From assembly GCF_006345805.1 (NCBI RefSeq), contig NC_043011.1:23820464-23884463 (forward strand): a stretch of DNA of 64,000 bases, written 5' to 3'. Below, one piece after another: positions 39,870 to 53,486 of this stretch. The first letter of the stretch is position 1. Every line of letters starts with the position of its first letter. The translations under genes were made by a program, and so were the position numbers. The notes under the pieces were generated by a model, which saw nothing but the letters and a program-made list of their open reading frames with translations, did no database searches and was not told where the DNA came from. The DNA is from Octopus sinensis (lineage: Eukaryota).

Positions 39870-40378
39870 CCGTAAATCTTCGATAGTCCGCTCTCGAGTA
39901 TAATACACAGGGGATCTTTAGGCAGCTGTACCTCTGAAAAACCTAAACCTTGTGAATAATACGCACCCCTTATCTAACTTGAGTCAAGGAGGTCTATATA
40001 ACGTCCCTGGTTTGTAAAAATGTATGCGGTAACGTACTTTATCATTATTGTATATATAACATAATGCAAACGTGTAGCTCTTTTGTGCATTTTGTTTGCA
40101 GAAAATAAAGAAATAACAGTAATAACGTTTAATAAATGTTGCTCTCTGCAAGTTATGGATGATTCTTTTATGACTTCATTGCTTTCAGGCTTAGCTTAAG
40201 GTATTTCCGCGCCCGACATCACAAAATGCGTCTGAATAAACATTGCCGGACAGCAAATAGAGACTCGGACATTGCTTAGAAAATAATTTCCATTTTTAAC
40301 CTCTTGTATAATAAGCACTAGGAATTTTGACCTTTAAATTTTGGGGAAAAAATGCGGATTATACTCGAGGATTTACGG
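39870..40378. mobile_element. pogo/Tc1-type MITE with CCGTA TIRs
   Basis: TA|CCGTAAATCTTCGA... and ...TCGAGGATTTACGG|TA. Confidence 0.75.
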
Positions 40379-40990
40379 TACGTGATCCTGGTATTTTACT
40401 GGTTTTCATAGTATGTTTTCTGACATTGTTATAAGGCGGCAATGTTTTTGGGAGGAGAATATAGTCCATAAAATATATTCCCAGGGCTTGACTAGTAATT
40501 TCATTTGTTGCATTATGTTACGTTTACCTTTCATCTAGAATGATGAAAAGTAAAGTCTGCCATGAATAGGATTTGAACTCAAAGCAAACAAAATATTGTA
40601 AGGCTTTTTGTCTGATGCTCTAATGAGCTTGCCAAAGTATTATAATACAGATTACGAAAATTTTTGGTCTTACGGTCTGAAACAGAAAAAAATTTCAAAG
40701 CAGATACTAACACAGTCCGTTTCGTTTTTTTTTTTTGGTGCTAGCTCTAAAGCACACACAGCAATGTTATCTTTTCCTTAAGGCGGCGAGCTGGTAGAAA
40801 CGTTAGCACGCTGGGCGAAATGCTTAGCAGTATTTCGTCTGCCGTTACGTTCTGAGTTCAAATTCCGCCGAGGTCGACATTGCCTTTCATCCTTTCGGGG
40901 TAGATAAATTAAGTACCAGTTACGCAATGTAATCGACTTAATCCCTTTGTCTGTCCCCTCTATGTTTAGCCCCTTGTGGGCAATAAAGAA

Positions 40991-41070
40991 TGATGAAAGG
41001 TATGTAGTGCTGATGAAAGGTATGAAGTGCTGATGAAAGGTATGTAGTGCTGATGAAAGGTATGTAGTGT
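40991..41070. repeat. 20-bp minisatellite x4
   Basis: (tgatgaaaggtatgwagtgc)4. Confidence 0.9.
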
Positions 41071-41976
41071 TTCTTTTTGACTCCGCGTGTGTTGTGCTTA
41101 AAAACGTGTTTGTATTCTTGAATGTGTAAAATTAGATTATTATCCTGATTCGAGCTACAATGTTGTTGTCAGGATTTGAAAAATAGGGCAGATTTCCTCC
41201 TCCCTTATTTTGTGATTTAGGAGGGATCTTTGAAAAACAAGGGGGAATTTGCGGCGGTGTTCAGTGAACAAATTAAACACACTACTCGGCAGTGGCTAAA
41301 ACGTGAACCGATCAAGTTTGTGTATAAATATTCTTTTTATATGTTTGTTTCTTTTTACACAATATTAAAATAACGGCTAAAAATTTTCTGAAGCAGCACC
41401 CACACTAAATTCTATCTACGAACTGACACTGCCCCCCCACCACAAAAGTGATTACTGATTTAGGGACAAAGCCAGTAGTATTAAGAGAAGGAGATAGTCG
41501 ATGCCACCAACCTTAATGCATGACTGGTACTTCATTTTATCTATCATGAAAAGAAGAACGGTAAAGTCGATTCGGGCAGGATTTGAACGTAGAGCTTAAA
41601 GAATCACAGCGAAACACTTTAAATAATTTTGTCCGAGACTCTAATGGATCTACCAGTACATCATCCCCAAAAGAATGGTGGACCATAGAATCATGAAAGT
41701 ACAACTCACATTGCTAAGGTGTCGATTTGATTGTCATGTGCCACTGTCAGAACTCATTATAATAAAAATGATATATGCCAAAAGACAGATACAGGGCCTG
41801 CAGATAATTGGAATAAATAAATAAATGAATTAAAAACAACACTGCAGTAGAATTGCCCAATATATTTTAGCAACGAAGGGTTACAAGCATATAGTCTTTC
41901 ATTTAAAGCTAATTATTAATGAACTTACGTATTTACAATTATTTTAATTTTTGTTTCGTGTGAGTGTGTGTGAGGA

Positions 41977-42008
<32 letters not shown>

Positions 42009-42054
42009 CGAGGGAGGGAGAGAGAGAGCGAGGGAGTCCCTGCGCATATATATA

Positions 42055-44584
42055 CAGGCATATCTCGGCTTAAGTCGTTCTCGATTATACATCGGTTTTC
42101 AAAAATAATATATGGAAAAATAAAAATCAAGTAAAGTCATTTTACTCCACTTTACGTCTGTCCGCCACAAATATTGGAATCGTAAAATCACTAGAAAACC
42201 GTTAAAAATACATAAAATCACGTTACTGTACAATAAATAAGAATAAAAGCATATAAAATCATATTAAAATACGCACAGTAAATGTTAAGATAACGCCATA
42301 AAGCGAAATCGTGAAATCAGCTGTGTTGTCTTATTTATCGATCTTTCGGATCTCATATTGCACCATAGTTCCAATATCTACCGTTAGGCGTCGTTGTCAC
42401 TCGTGATTCCCGCGTATTTTGAATTCAGATTTGCTTACGTCTATTTATCAGCTCCTCTCTCATTCTCATACATTTGGAATGTTATTTTTTGCCCCCATGG
42501 CTCCTAGTAAAATTCGTAGTGAAAGTGCTAAGCGTCATACTATAACGCTGGAAGATAACTGGCTATGATAAAACGCCGTGTAAAAGGTAAAAAAGTGGTA
42601 GCAATTGCACGATCTTTTGGGATGAGTTGGACAACTGTATCGTCGATTTTACATAAGAAGATTTTAGCACATAACAAATCTGAAGCCCCAAGGATGAAGA
42701 ACATTGTCATCAATAAGGAAAAAAAAAAAAAAAGGCGAAATCTTTGAAGAAATGGAAAGTCTTCTTTCTCTTTGGATTGTTAGGCTGAATCATCAGCGTG
42801 CTACTATTAGTCAAGAAATCATTCAAGAGAAAGCGTTGTCGTTTATTTGAGGACCCGAAGAAAAAAATATCCAGTTGTGAAAGATGTCGAGTTCAAGGCA
42901 AATCAAGGATGGTTCATGAGATTTAAGGAGCGAAAAAGTTATCACTCCATTAAGAAGCAAGGTGAAAGTGCATCAGCTGACGAACAAGCAGCAGTGGAAT
43001 TTCCTAATGCATTAAAAAAAACCATCGAAGAAAACGGGTTTCTTCTCGAACAGATTTTTAACGTAGACGAAAGTGGATTGTATTGGAAAAAATTGCCAGA
43101 CTGTTCATTCATTTCCATAGAGGTCTCAAAAGAACGTGTGACCATTATGTTTGGAGGTAATTGTGCAGTGCAGGAGATTTTAAGTTAAAGCTATTGCTTG
43201 TGTATCATGCACACAACCCCCGTGCCCTAAAGAACATACCCAAGGCATCTCTCCCTGTTATATGGATAGCTAATTCAAAAGCATGGGTTACTGTTGTTGT
43301 TTTTGAAGATTGGTTCTTCAATCATTTTATACTAGCAGCGGAGAGGTACTGTATGGAGAAGGGGATTCCTTTTAAGGTTTTACTTATCTTAGATAATGCT
43401 CCTGGCCGCAAAACATCGTAAATTTTTTTTTACCGTCGTATACCTCCCTCCGAATAATTGCTGTTTTCAAGCGTTACTTTATGAAGTGTACGCAAGCAAT
43501 AGCTGCAACTTATCTTGATGAGTCCACCACACTTCGTGACTTTTGGAAGAGATACGATAACTACAAGTCTGTAGATGTCTACAGAACATAGCAGCGGCAT
43601 GGAATGATGTACAGAGCACAGCTATGAATGGTGTATGAAAGAAGCTATGCCCGCAATTCGTGAATGATTTTAAGGGGCTTGATAATGTTGCCATCCACAA
43701 AACGTTGGTGATTACGAGCAAAGAACTGGAAATGGATTTGGAGGAGAAGGATTTCACAGATTTATTTGAAAAAGACAAGCAGCCCCTGACGAACGAGGAT
43801 TTGATAGAGCTTCAAGAGCAGCAAAATAAAGAGGGGGAAGTCGAACCTGAGTCACGTTACTTTACCATTAAGGAAATATATATATCGAAAAAGGTCTTTC
43901 TATGTTCAAGGATATGGATCCAAATGCTCAACGCTCTTCCAAGATTATGGGGGCTTGTCACGGAGCTTTTGCTCCTCATAATGTAATCCTTGAGGAAAAG
44001 AAGACAGTTCAAGGAACTCTCAACCGTTTTTTTGAGCGCATCGAACAACAAGAACAGCCAGAGTGAGCTGCTGATGTTGACGATCTACAGCCATCTACAT
44101 CCGCGATGTGAACCACCAAATTGGTAAATTTAAAATAATTTAATAATAATGGCCATCTTTCGTTTTGAGAAGGCAAGTTTCCGTGAGCACTTGTTGCCTT
44201 GACAACTGCGTGTTTGTTGTTTGATGTATCGAAGTGGAAGAGGAAGCTAATGGGTTGTACGCTTGTGTATGCTTGTCCTTTTGTGTGTCTATGTGTGTGT
44301 GTGTGTGCTTGTTCTGGTGTGTGTGTGTGTGTGTACGTTCTTGTTTTTTTGTATGTGTGTTAATGTTTGTCTATGTGTGTGTGTGTGCTTGTTCTTGTAT
44401 GTGTGTATGTGTGTGTGTGCGTGCGTGCGCGTATGCTTGTTCTATTTCTATGTATTTATGTGTGTGGAATGTAGATATAACAAAAACAAAGTCGCATTTG
44501 AAACTTCGAAAAAAAAAGCCTTGCATATTTGTTCTTACCTACTTCATGTGTGTACGTAAAATCCGTGCACACACACAAGGACAA

Positions 44585-44617
<33 letters not shown>

Positions 44618-44974
44618 TTACTGAATTTGTTTTTTAAGCTTACAAAAGGCTTTTATTTTACCATCTCTTATTTACAAACCGCATTCATAAATAAAGCATC
44701 CGAGTTGTACAGTAAACACTGCCAAATTGTATTCGTAAATTTAGATTACTTTTTTTTTTACTGTACTGTATTAAAAAATATTAAAAAAAAATGATTTGCT
44801 TGTAAGCTTAAAATAGGTTTTTATTAACCATGTATTATTGAAAATGCATTCGTAAATAAAATACAGAACTGGGAGGCAAGAGAAAAGTAAATTCGGCTTA
44901 GCCTAGAGACAAGTTTATTCGACTTAAGTCAGGTCTCCTGGAACCAATTAACGACGTAGGGCGAGGTATGTCTA
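42055..44974 (+). mobile_element. Tigger (pogo family) DNA transposon with a degraded transposase at ~42497-44060
   Basis: TA|CAGGCATATCTCG TIR and an imperfect right TIR CGAGGTATGTCTA. Motifs ANQGWFMRFKER, IFNVDESGLYWK, KERVT, NSKAWVT and LILDNAPG. Confidence 0.9.
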
Positions 44975-45025
44975 GGTATTTGTAGTAAAGAAATAGGTAT
45001 GTCTGTTGTGTGTGTGTGTGTGGTG

Positions 45026-45083
<58 letters not shown>

Positions 45084-45091
45084 CGTGTGTG

Positions 45092-45125
<34 letters not shown>

Positions 45126-45634
45126 ATATACGTTTTTATTATTATTTTTTGCAATTTACTTAATCTTTGGCATTTTATTGTTATTTTAATTTTAATTTTT
45201 CTATTATATGTAATTTTCTAGATGGTGTAATCTAATTGTTCCTTTTGAATTAATAAAAGGTGTTTTTTTTTTTCTAATTTTATATATATATAGGCCTGTT
45301 TGCAAAAAAATTCTATTTTGTTTATGGGGATATGTTATCGGAACGGGTTCCGGTTTTTCGCTACTGTCGGTTGAAAATTCAGGTTATTGTATGTGTGCTT
45401 ATGTACTAATGTTTATGGTTGGTTAGTTTAACCGCTCCTAGTACATTCCAGTTCAGAAAATCCAGTTGTTCCTATCGCGACTTCATTCTTTTCGATATTA
45501 GAGAAATAATTAATAGTTTAAAGGAAACAAAGAATGCATTTAGAATATATCCATTTTTAATCATTGTGCAGTCACGTAGACAAAAAAGAACTTAGTAAGA
45601 CGGTACAATGATAAAAAAAGTTAATAATCCATAT

Positions 45635-45836
45635 CGAAGGGGTGATGAAAAATTCCTGGTTTCAGGTAAAAGAAAATACAGGAGGATGAGTTAATTATTC
45701 TATTCAGCATATTCCTCTCTCAGATTCACACATTTATTGTAGCAGTCCTTTAGTTTTTCTAAGCTCTCAAAAGGTTGGGCATCGGAAAAGACTTTCGCCA
45801 CATCCTTGAAGTCAGGAACTTTTTAGTACCCCATCG
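45635..45836. mobile_element. mariner-type MITE
   Basis: Imperfect TIRs cgaaggggtgatgaaaaattcctgg and tcaggaactttttagtaccccatcg. Confidence 0.6.
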
Positions 45837-45844
45837 TATATACA

Positions 45845-46125
45845 TCTCTCTCTATATATATAAAGCTGAAGTCGTCTGTGTATGGCAGGTTTGGTAGCCT
45901 TCAAATAACACTATCTCCTACGAGACTCTGCGGCGCAAGTTGGCCAAAATTGAGAGTATGATAGAAGAAGGCTTGTTCTTCCACCCGTAGAAGAAAGAAT
46001 TCAAATCAGAAAAAATGTTCACTTAAAGAGAATAACAAGCTACATAATGAAAAATTTTTACTTTTCAAAAATTCCAATTCTAAAGGGTCGAAACAAACCC
46101 GAGCAACGCCGGGTGATACTGTTAG
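45845..46125 (+). mobile_element. Short non-autonomous Helitron
   Basis: 5' A|TC; 3' CCCGAGCAACGCCGGGTGATACTGTTAG|T. The internal part matches 5800-5920. Confidence 0.75.
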
Positions 46126-46516
46126 TATATTTAAAATTAGTGTTCTTAATTTGAATATTGCAAAATCATAATAATATCTTACTATATGTGTTAATAATTA
46201 CGTAATAATTATGTAGTTATCAATGAAAACATTTGATACATCTTCGCCTCTGTGTAATCCGATTAGAATGTGTAAGATGCCAGTGTGTTTATTTCATATA
46301 TTTTAAAATATGTGTGCATGTTGTTGTGCATGTGTGTGCGTGTGTGTGTGTACATGTGTGTGCGTGTGTGTACATATGAATATATATGCTTATATATATA
46401 TATATTACATATGATATATAATATATATATATTAGATTTCTTGTTAATGGCAAACGATTAAACGGAAATTATTCGTGTTGTTTATAAAAAAAAGAGGAAA
46501 AGTTCTTCATATTTGC

Positions 46517-47512
46517 TTAAAATGCTATCAGTTTAAAACTGCTACTACAAACACATATTATGAAGAAAACCATGCAGTTCATAAGAGTTAAATTCGATGC
46601 TGTTGATGGCTGGAGGATATTCGAGTGAATTAGCTGTAACATACCATCTAAATCAAGCTGACATTCTCTATATATTTCGCTGACACAGTCCAGATATGTT
46701 CCCGGAGTGTACGTAGTGTTAGGTTTTGAGTTTATTTTAAATGCTTTCCGTTTGCAGTTTTCAAAACCTTCCTTTGTACATGAGTCTATTAAGTTTTTGG
46801 GAATTTTCAAAAGTTTTTCACAAAAATATTTTGTTTTGTTTAGAAATTTCAAAGCTTCTTTCTGAAACAGATCTCTTCCATTTAAATATTCATCTTTGGA
46901 TACAGAGTTGATCTTTTTAATTGTGCATTCCTTTATAGTGGAATAATTAAATATTTTACAGTACCTAAATTGGTAGTCTAAAACATTTAATTTCTGGTGC
47001 TTTATCATAAATTCCAATGGATAGCATTTTAGTTGTGGGCCGTACGATGGAATTAAACCACGGCTGATATCAGTTTCTTGACAATATAAACTAGCCATAT
47101 TTCGCAACAGTTCAGACGTAATAAATCCCTTGTACACACTGCAGGATTCGAGATTTAGAAAATTGATCCTGTATGTGTTGTATAGACACGAGAATTCGAC
47201 ATTTTGTAGTTTCTCTATCAGAGATTGGCATGAAGTTTTGTTTAGGTTCAGAGAACAGTACTGCTTAATATATTTTGGCATGTCGCGAAAATTGAATTTT
47301 GTTCTCAATCTTATATCGAAATCATACGACGTTTCATAAATACGCTTAGCAACGCACTGCAAGCCGTCTTGGATCTGTTTACTACAATATTTTTGCACTG
47401 AAAAGTCATTCGGAGATATGCTACATGAATGAAAACTGTTTTGTAGAAATGCCTGATTTAGAGGAAACAAGAAGAAGACGAAAAATATCGAAGTTGTTTT
47501 AAAGACATTCAT
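46517..47512 (-). CDS. Intronless 331-aa Cys-rich protein, probably secreted and GPI- or membrane-anchored; family unknown
   Basis: A 996-nt stop-free ORF in AT-rich DNA that is not low-complexity. N-terminal hydrophobic signal (MNVFKTTSIFFVFFLFPLNQA), 16 Cys in the mature region, 5 N-X-S/T sequons, and a C-terminal hydrophobic tail (LMNCMVFFIICVC). Confidence 0.75.
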   Translation of the reverse strand: MNVFKTTSIFFVFFLFPLNQAFLQNSFHSCSISPNDFSVQKYCSKQIQDGLQCVAKRIYETSYDFDIRLRTKFNFRDMPKYIKQYCSLNLNKTSCQSLIEKLQNVEFSCLYNTYRINFLNLESCSVYKGFITSELLRNMASLYCQETDISRGLIPSYGPQLKCYPLEFMIKHQKLNVLDYQFRYCKIFNYSTIKECTIKKINSVSKDEYLNGRDLFQKEALKFLNKTKYFCEKLLKIPKNLIDSCTKEGFENCKRKAFKINSKPNTTYTPGTYLDCVSEIYRECQLDLDGMLQLIHSNILQPSTASNLTLMNCMVFFIICVCSSSFKLIAF

Positions 47513-48775
47513 CTTGCTTTTACGTTTAAATCTTTTTTTTTTCTACAACACAACCGCTGAATATTTCAATCTTTTCACAGACTTTGCGTAGCTTAGACTG
47601 ATCGACGATAAAATAAATACTTGTGTCGTAAAAACGCGCCTTGCTTTTATGCTTGAGTGTTATGGACATGTGACAAGTGATTAAATTTCGTCAATAGGAT
47701 AAGAAACCATATTTTGCAGGAAATAAACGACTTCCGATTTACTGCAATCACACACGCGGTCTGTACACCCTACGCTACGTTACTGACAATGAAATGCTTT
47801 GGAAAAAACATTTAGTGATAAATTTAGCAGTCTCTAATTTGGTTAAAAGGGACTTTTCTTTTAAATTAGAATCTGTTTTTCTCTTCTTTTCATACGGTAC
47901 CTTATCATATCCTAAATTATAATTCATAAAATTTTATCGACTGAAAGCGATGAAAATCCAGTGGAAATATCGTGTGCATTTCTCCATCGGAGTAGTCCAA
48001 TATACTTCAATTATTTTTATTTCGTCTTCTGAGACGGGCAATTAAACTGATTGTAGAGAACCAGATTTTTATATTTGCTGACATTCTTTGCACGGGATTG
48101 TTGAGAGTTTTTTTCTTTTCATTATTTTTTTCTACTGAGGAAGGCGGCGAGCTGGCAGAAACGTTAAGCACGCCGGGCGAAATGCGTAGCCGTATTGCGT
48201 CTGCCGCAACGTTCTGAGTTCAAATTCCGCCGAGGTCGACTTTGCCTTTCATCTTTTCGGGGTCGATTAACTAAGTACTAGTTACGCACTGGAGTCGATA
48301 TTATCGACTTAATCCGTCTGTCTGTCCTTGTTTGTCCCCTCTGTGTTTAGCCCGTTGTGGGTAGTAAAGAAATAATTATTTTTCTACTGATATTAGTCAG
48401 ACCTGTCTTTCTCATTTGTTCATTATCTTTTTCAAAGAGTTTACAGCAAAAATAATCAACAATTAAGAAAAAACAACTTCGATTGTTAAAAAAAAGTTTA
48501 GAAGATGAAACGTCCTAAAACATTCTCCACATTTTCGTCTTATTTATCTTGTCCCTGTAAGGACATTTCAAAACACCTTTCATATATTTCTCCTGAGTTT
48601 AATTTCAGTTATCGAGCATTATCAATATCTATAAATCTTCAAAATATATTTCCTTCTCTTCCTGTCCAGCACCACTCCTTTACGCATACATCACTCACAT
48701 AAACACAAACACACACGCATCACATAGATACTACCATATACACACACGCACACACACACACACACGCGCACACGC

Positions 48776-48853
<78 letters not shown>

Positions 48854-49215
48854 TAACAAGTAATGTAAAAGCGCATTGCTAACGCAATAGAACGCAGTAT
48901 TGACTTACAAAGGCGTTTAATATACTTAATAGTATATTCTGGTTGCGTAACGAAATACTGTGTAACTACAAGTTGTTAAAAACGCACTGGATCCTGTATC
49001 ACGCTTTTACTCTTTTACCCTTTTACTTGTTTCAGTCATTTGACTGCGGCCATGCTGGAGCACCGCCTTTAGTCGAGCAAATCGACCCCAGGACTTATTC
49101 TTTGTAAACCTAGTACTTATTCTATCGGTCTCTTTTTGCCGAACCGCTAAGTTACGGGGACGTAAACACTCCAGCATCGGTTGTCAAGCGATGTTGGGGG
49201 GGAAACACAGACACA

Positions 49216-49266
<51 letters not shown>

Positions 49267-50603
49267 CTGGCTTCTTTCAGTTTCCGTCTACCAAATCCAC
49301 TCACAAGGCTTTGGTCGGCCCTAGGCTATAGTAGAAGATACTTGCCTAAGGTGCCACGCAGTGGGACTGAACCCGGAACCATGTGGTTGGTAAGCAAGCT
49401 ACTTACCACGCAGCCATTCATACGCTCTGGTTATGAAATTTTTATGTACAGGAACCATGTAAGTTGAGACTGACACTATTTGGTAAGATATGTTGGGAGG
49501 ATAAGTTACAGGACATTGTCAAATATCAACACTGAAACTCCCTACCATGACCAGCATTAGCCATTGCTGATATAACTATCCATTGCCAATCAGCAACACT
49601 GAAATTACACTGTCAATGTCTAACTCGATTTTTGTCCTTGGGTAGCAACTGTTATTTCTTATTTACTTAACCCTAGAAAGTATGAAAAATGGCTAATATT
49701 TCCTTCAAACTTTGCTTTTGTTACAATATTTATTCAAACCCGCAAGAATCCCTCTCAGCACATAATTACGATGCTCCTCCACTTCTCCTGCTTACGATCA
49801 GAGATGCACATATTGTCAGCCATGAAGGGACATGCTCAAGTGGTTATGGTCAAGTGAATGACAAGCAAATCTGTGATATTGAGCGGAATATTTCCTACAA
49901 TGATATTTCTGCTTCAGCAACTCAGTGCTGAATCTGAAATGTAATGGAAAATAGTTCAGTTTCAAGACATAGATGTCCAGGTCACAAAAGCAAAGTTTGA
50001 AGGGAATAACAGTTATTTCCTTTGTTTTGTAGATAGAAACAGAGAGAAAATAACACTTACTGAACAAAGAAAAAATTAAAAAATTGCTACAGTGTTATTA
50101 ATCATCACCATTAATTCAATTTTCACTGCTGACACTCCTAACAATTATCTCTAATACAAAGCTATTATCACTTTTTAAGTAGTGCACGCAAATTATGACA
50201 TTATGAGAACTTACGATAATGTGCTGAATATTTAGTTTATTAAGTCATGACAGTGACTGAAAAATATTTGTTTATCTGTTTTTATTGTTAATTTCCCCCG
50301 AACGTGTGAGGATTACAATATATATATATATCTTTTATTATAAGGAACTGCTAGTAAGCAGAATCAACAAAGGACAACAAAGATATTTACAATACGAACA
50401 GAATTTTATTTATTTTTATCTTTATTTTATTTTCTGACTATAACTCAGTGTGTTTTTATTAAAATTTGTGAAACATGAAAAAATATCAAAGGATATTTTC
50501 ATTTATAGTCTGTTAAAAGTGATGGCATTGAAGCCATATGTTTTTTATGCACCTTTGGTCTTTTATGCCAGAGTTATACTCCATCTTCATTTATCTATGT
50601 TTT

Positions 50604-50963
50604 TGCGTCCCCAAAGTCCATCCCCTCCTCACCGTGGTGGGGACGCTGGCAACGGGTAGTGTCTGAGCTATGCCGTCGAGAACTTCGGTTCCTGGTAGGG
50701 CCACCCAAGGCGGATTGGTCTGACATCGAGTGGTATTAGGGCCACCACCCGGTGAAAATCCTCGGAGTGTCTGTTTCGGCAACCGGCGGCTCCTCGGTCG
50801 TTCTGTCTTTGCGTCCGCGGACAATCTGCGGCAAACAGGATGTCTTTACATGCGGGATTGTTGGGGACCGCTTGTGAAATCCACATATTCCCATGAAACT
50901 TCTTCCAAAGAAGCAGCCGACTCAACCCGCCGGGGTGAATGTCGTCACAAGTACAAGTACAAG
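50604..50963 (+). mobile_element. 360-bp non-autonomous retroposon (RTE-like tail) with a 12-bp TSD
   Basis: Flanked by tatctatgtttt at 50592-50603 and 50964-50975. Ends in (CAAGTA)3. GC-rich insert adjoining the pogo relic. Confidence 0.8.
50605..50685 (+). ncRNA. HDV-like ribozyme fold at the 5' end of a retroposon
   Basis: P1 GCGUCC/GGACGC(U); P3 CCA/UGG; L3 starts UCC and can pair with GG 50648-49 (P1.1); P4 ACGG/CCGU plus UAG/CUA; C50677-GAGA; P2 AAGU/ACUU. L3 is atypically long (17 nt). Confidence 0.5.
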
Positions 50964-50975
50964 TATCTATGTTTT

Positions 50976-51730
50976 AGAGTGAACATAGATGATAATTTCT
51001 GGTGGAATAGTTTCTTTTAACTCTGTTTTCTGCTTGAAAGGTACCAATCTGGCGCCTATAATACAACTAGTCCATATATATGTAAAATGTGATTTCTCAC
51101 GGCCAAAAGTTTTCATGGCAACAGTTTTGATTTTTACGACAGCACACTTGTTGGTTGGTATATCACACATCACTGTAATTTCATCTATGTTTGCAATATC
51201 CTTCAGTTCAAAATTTGTCTTTTTGGTGTTTATAACAAATCGATGAAACTCGATAATTACGGTTTCTAACTCCACGGCCTTTTTTGTGCTATGTTGTCCT
51301 TGTTCGCATGGCTAATTCGTTCTTTTCCATAAATCTGTAGAACCATCTATTAGCACAAAAAAAAAAAAAATCATTATTTCCTCCTGCCACCACTTTGCCC
51401 CGATTTTAACCCTCACTTTGGCTTCGTAACTGATATTTTTAGTTGACACTGCAGAATCTTAGCTTCGTTTCTCTAAAATCCAGGCCATCATTTCACTTTA
51501 AGTTCCACCCATCTTGGTTTCGAGTTTCGAAGTTTGTCCTAGAATCTTCCTGTTTTCTGAAGCTTATCGTCTTACGCCAGTCAAGAATAATCTTTGAAAA
51601 AAAGGAGCCCAAAATGCTTTGCAGCAGCTCTGTTATCGTGGTCCTTCGCGAATTTTACTATCTGCAATTTATAGCCGACTGTGAGGTATAGTTTGTCTTT
51701 GACTACGTTATGGGGATCATAAAATTTGAA
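50976..51730 (-). pseudogene. POGK-like pogo transposase relic (Brinker-type DBD, CENP-B HTH, start of DDE)
   Basis: YKLQIVKFAKDHDNRAAAKHFG, RWFYRFME...RTRT and IANIDEI..CDIP....KT.G.EK.HFT. Confidence 0.75.
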
Positions 51731-52781
51731 AAAAGCTGAAAATTGTAAAACGTGACATACGGTGATATATATATCACAGTACATCACAGTATCAACCAAA
51801 CTACTGGATGTTGTTATACAATCGCTTGTCATAATACATTTCGCATCTTTTAACATCTGAATGATGCCACCCCGCTGGATAAGCGAGAAGGCCAACATTC
51901 TCCCTGATCGGAAGGCTATACGTCACAGGGTTATCCATTTACAGCTGAATGAACTAGAGCAACATGAAATGAAGTGCCTTACTCAAGAACACGACGTGCA
52001 GTCCAATCTGGGAAGGGAACTCACGCTCTAGGATAGTGATTGCAACAGCCTAACGACTAGGTCACGCACCTTCATACTCACACACACACAAGCACATGAA
52101 TTTAAAAGTATTGAAGAATGGAGTTAGCATATTGCATTTGTTGTTTAGTTTACAATTGTTTCGTCATTTTTTATTATAACCAATCTTGCGTCATTTCGTT
52201 ACTATGTCAACAATTACTGATTTATTTGCATGCGCTGTGCAATTATTCATTTACAGCGCAGAGTGGAATCATCTCCTCAGAATGCTACACAAGGAAATAT
52301 GTTGATTGATTTTGCATTGCAATTTTTGCATTGCAATTTTTGCCTTCATAGCAATCTGTTGTAGCCGGTTACTATTAACCATATTCGTTCAAGAGAAATA
52401 TAACTGGAAAAAAAAGGAGTACATTAGACGAAGGAAGAGTAGCAGAATGTGACAAGCTAATAAAACCCGTATCAGCTGTTTCCAGTGTTCACCAATACAA
52501 GTTTCTTTCCAATTGTTCCGACTTCCATAAATAAATTATTTAGGTGGTGGTGTTTGACAACAAGGCGTTCAGAGGCAGTGACATTTGTTCCTAGCCACTT
52601 TAGCAGCAGACTAAGAGCCGAAACATCAAAGACTAACTTTTTTTTTTATTAAATTGGCGTAGGAGTGGCTGTGTGGTAAGTAGCTTGCTTACCAACCACA
52701 TGGCATCTTGGGCAAGTGTCTTCTACTATTGCCTCAGCCCAACCAAAGCCCTGTAGATGGAAACTGAAAGAAGCCCGTTCT

Positions 52782-52833
<52 letters not shown>

Positions 52834-53413
52834 GTATATGTATGTGTGTGTATATGTTTGTGTGTCTGTGTTTGTCCCCCAACATCACTTGACAACCGAT
52901 GCTGGTGTGTTTACGTCCCCATAACTTAGCGGTTCGGCAAAAGAGACCGATAGAATAAGTACTAGGCTTACAATGAATAAGTCCTGGGGTCGATTTGCTC
53001 GACTAAAGGCGGTGCTCCAGTATGGCCGCAGTCAAATGACTGAAACAAGTAAAAGAGTAAAAAAGTAAAGAGTAAATCCGACAACAATAAATTCGTCCAA
53101 GAAAACAATCAATCACATTCATTTACACACGCAAATATTCTTACACACGTACACATATAACACAATAATTTTGCATACACTGGCCCCACAACTAGCTTTC
53201 TCACACACCCGCACATGGTTATACATACATGCTCGTATACATTTTCCTAATAAACCCAAATGCATATTTCGATATTCGTACCCGGGAATACTTACACACT
53301 TGCGTAGGGGTGCGTCCATTTGCACGCACATAAACATTTGAATATTTTGATATGATTCCGCTTCATATTTACTCCACTAGGCTCACGTTTACCTACTCTC
53401 TTTACTATATATA

Positions 53414-53486
<73 letters not shown>

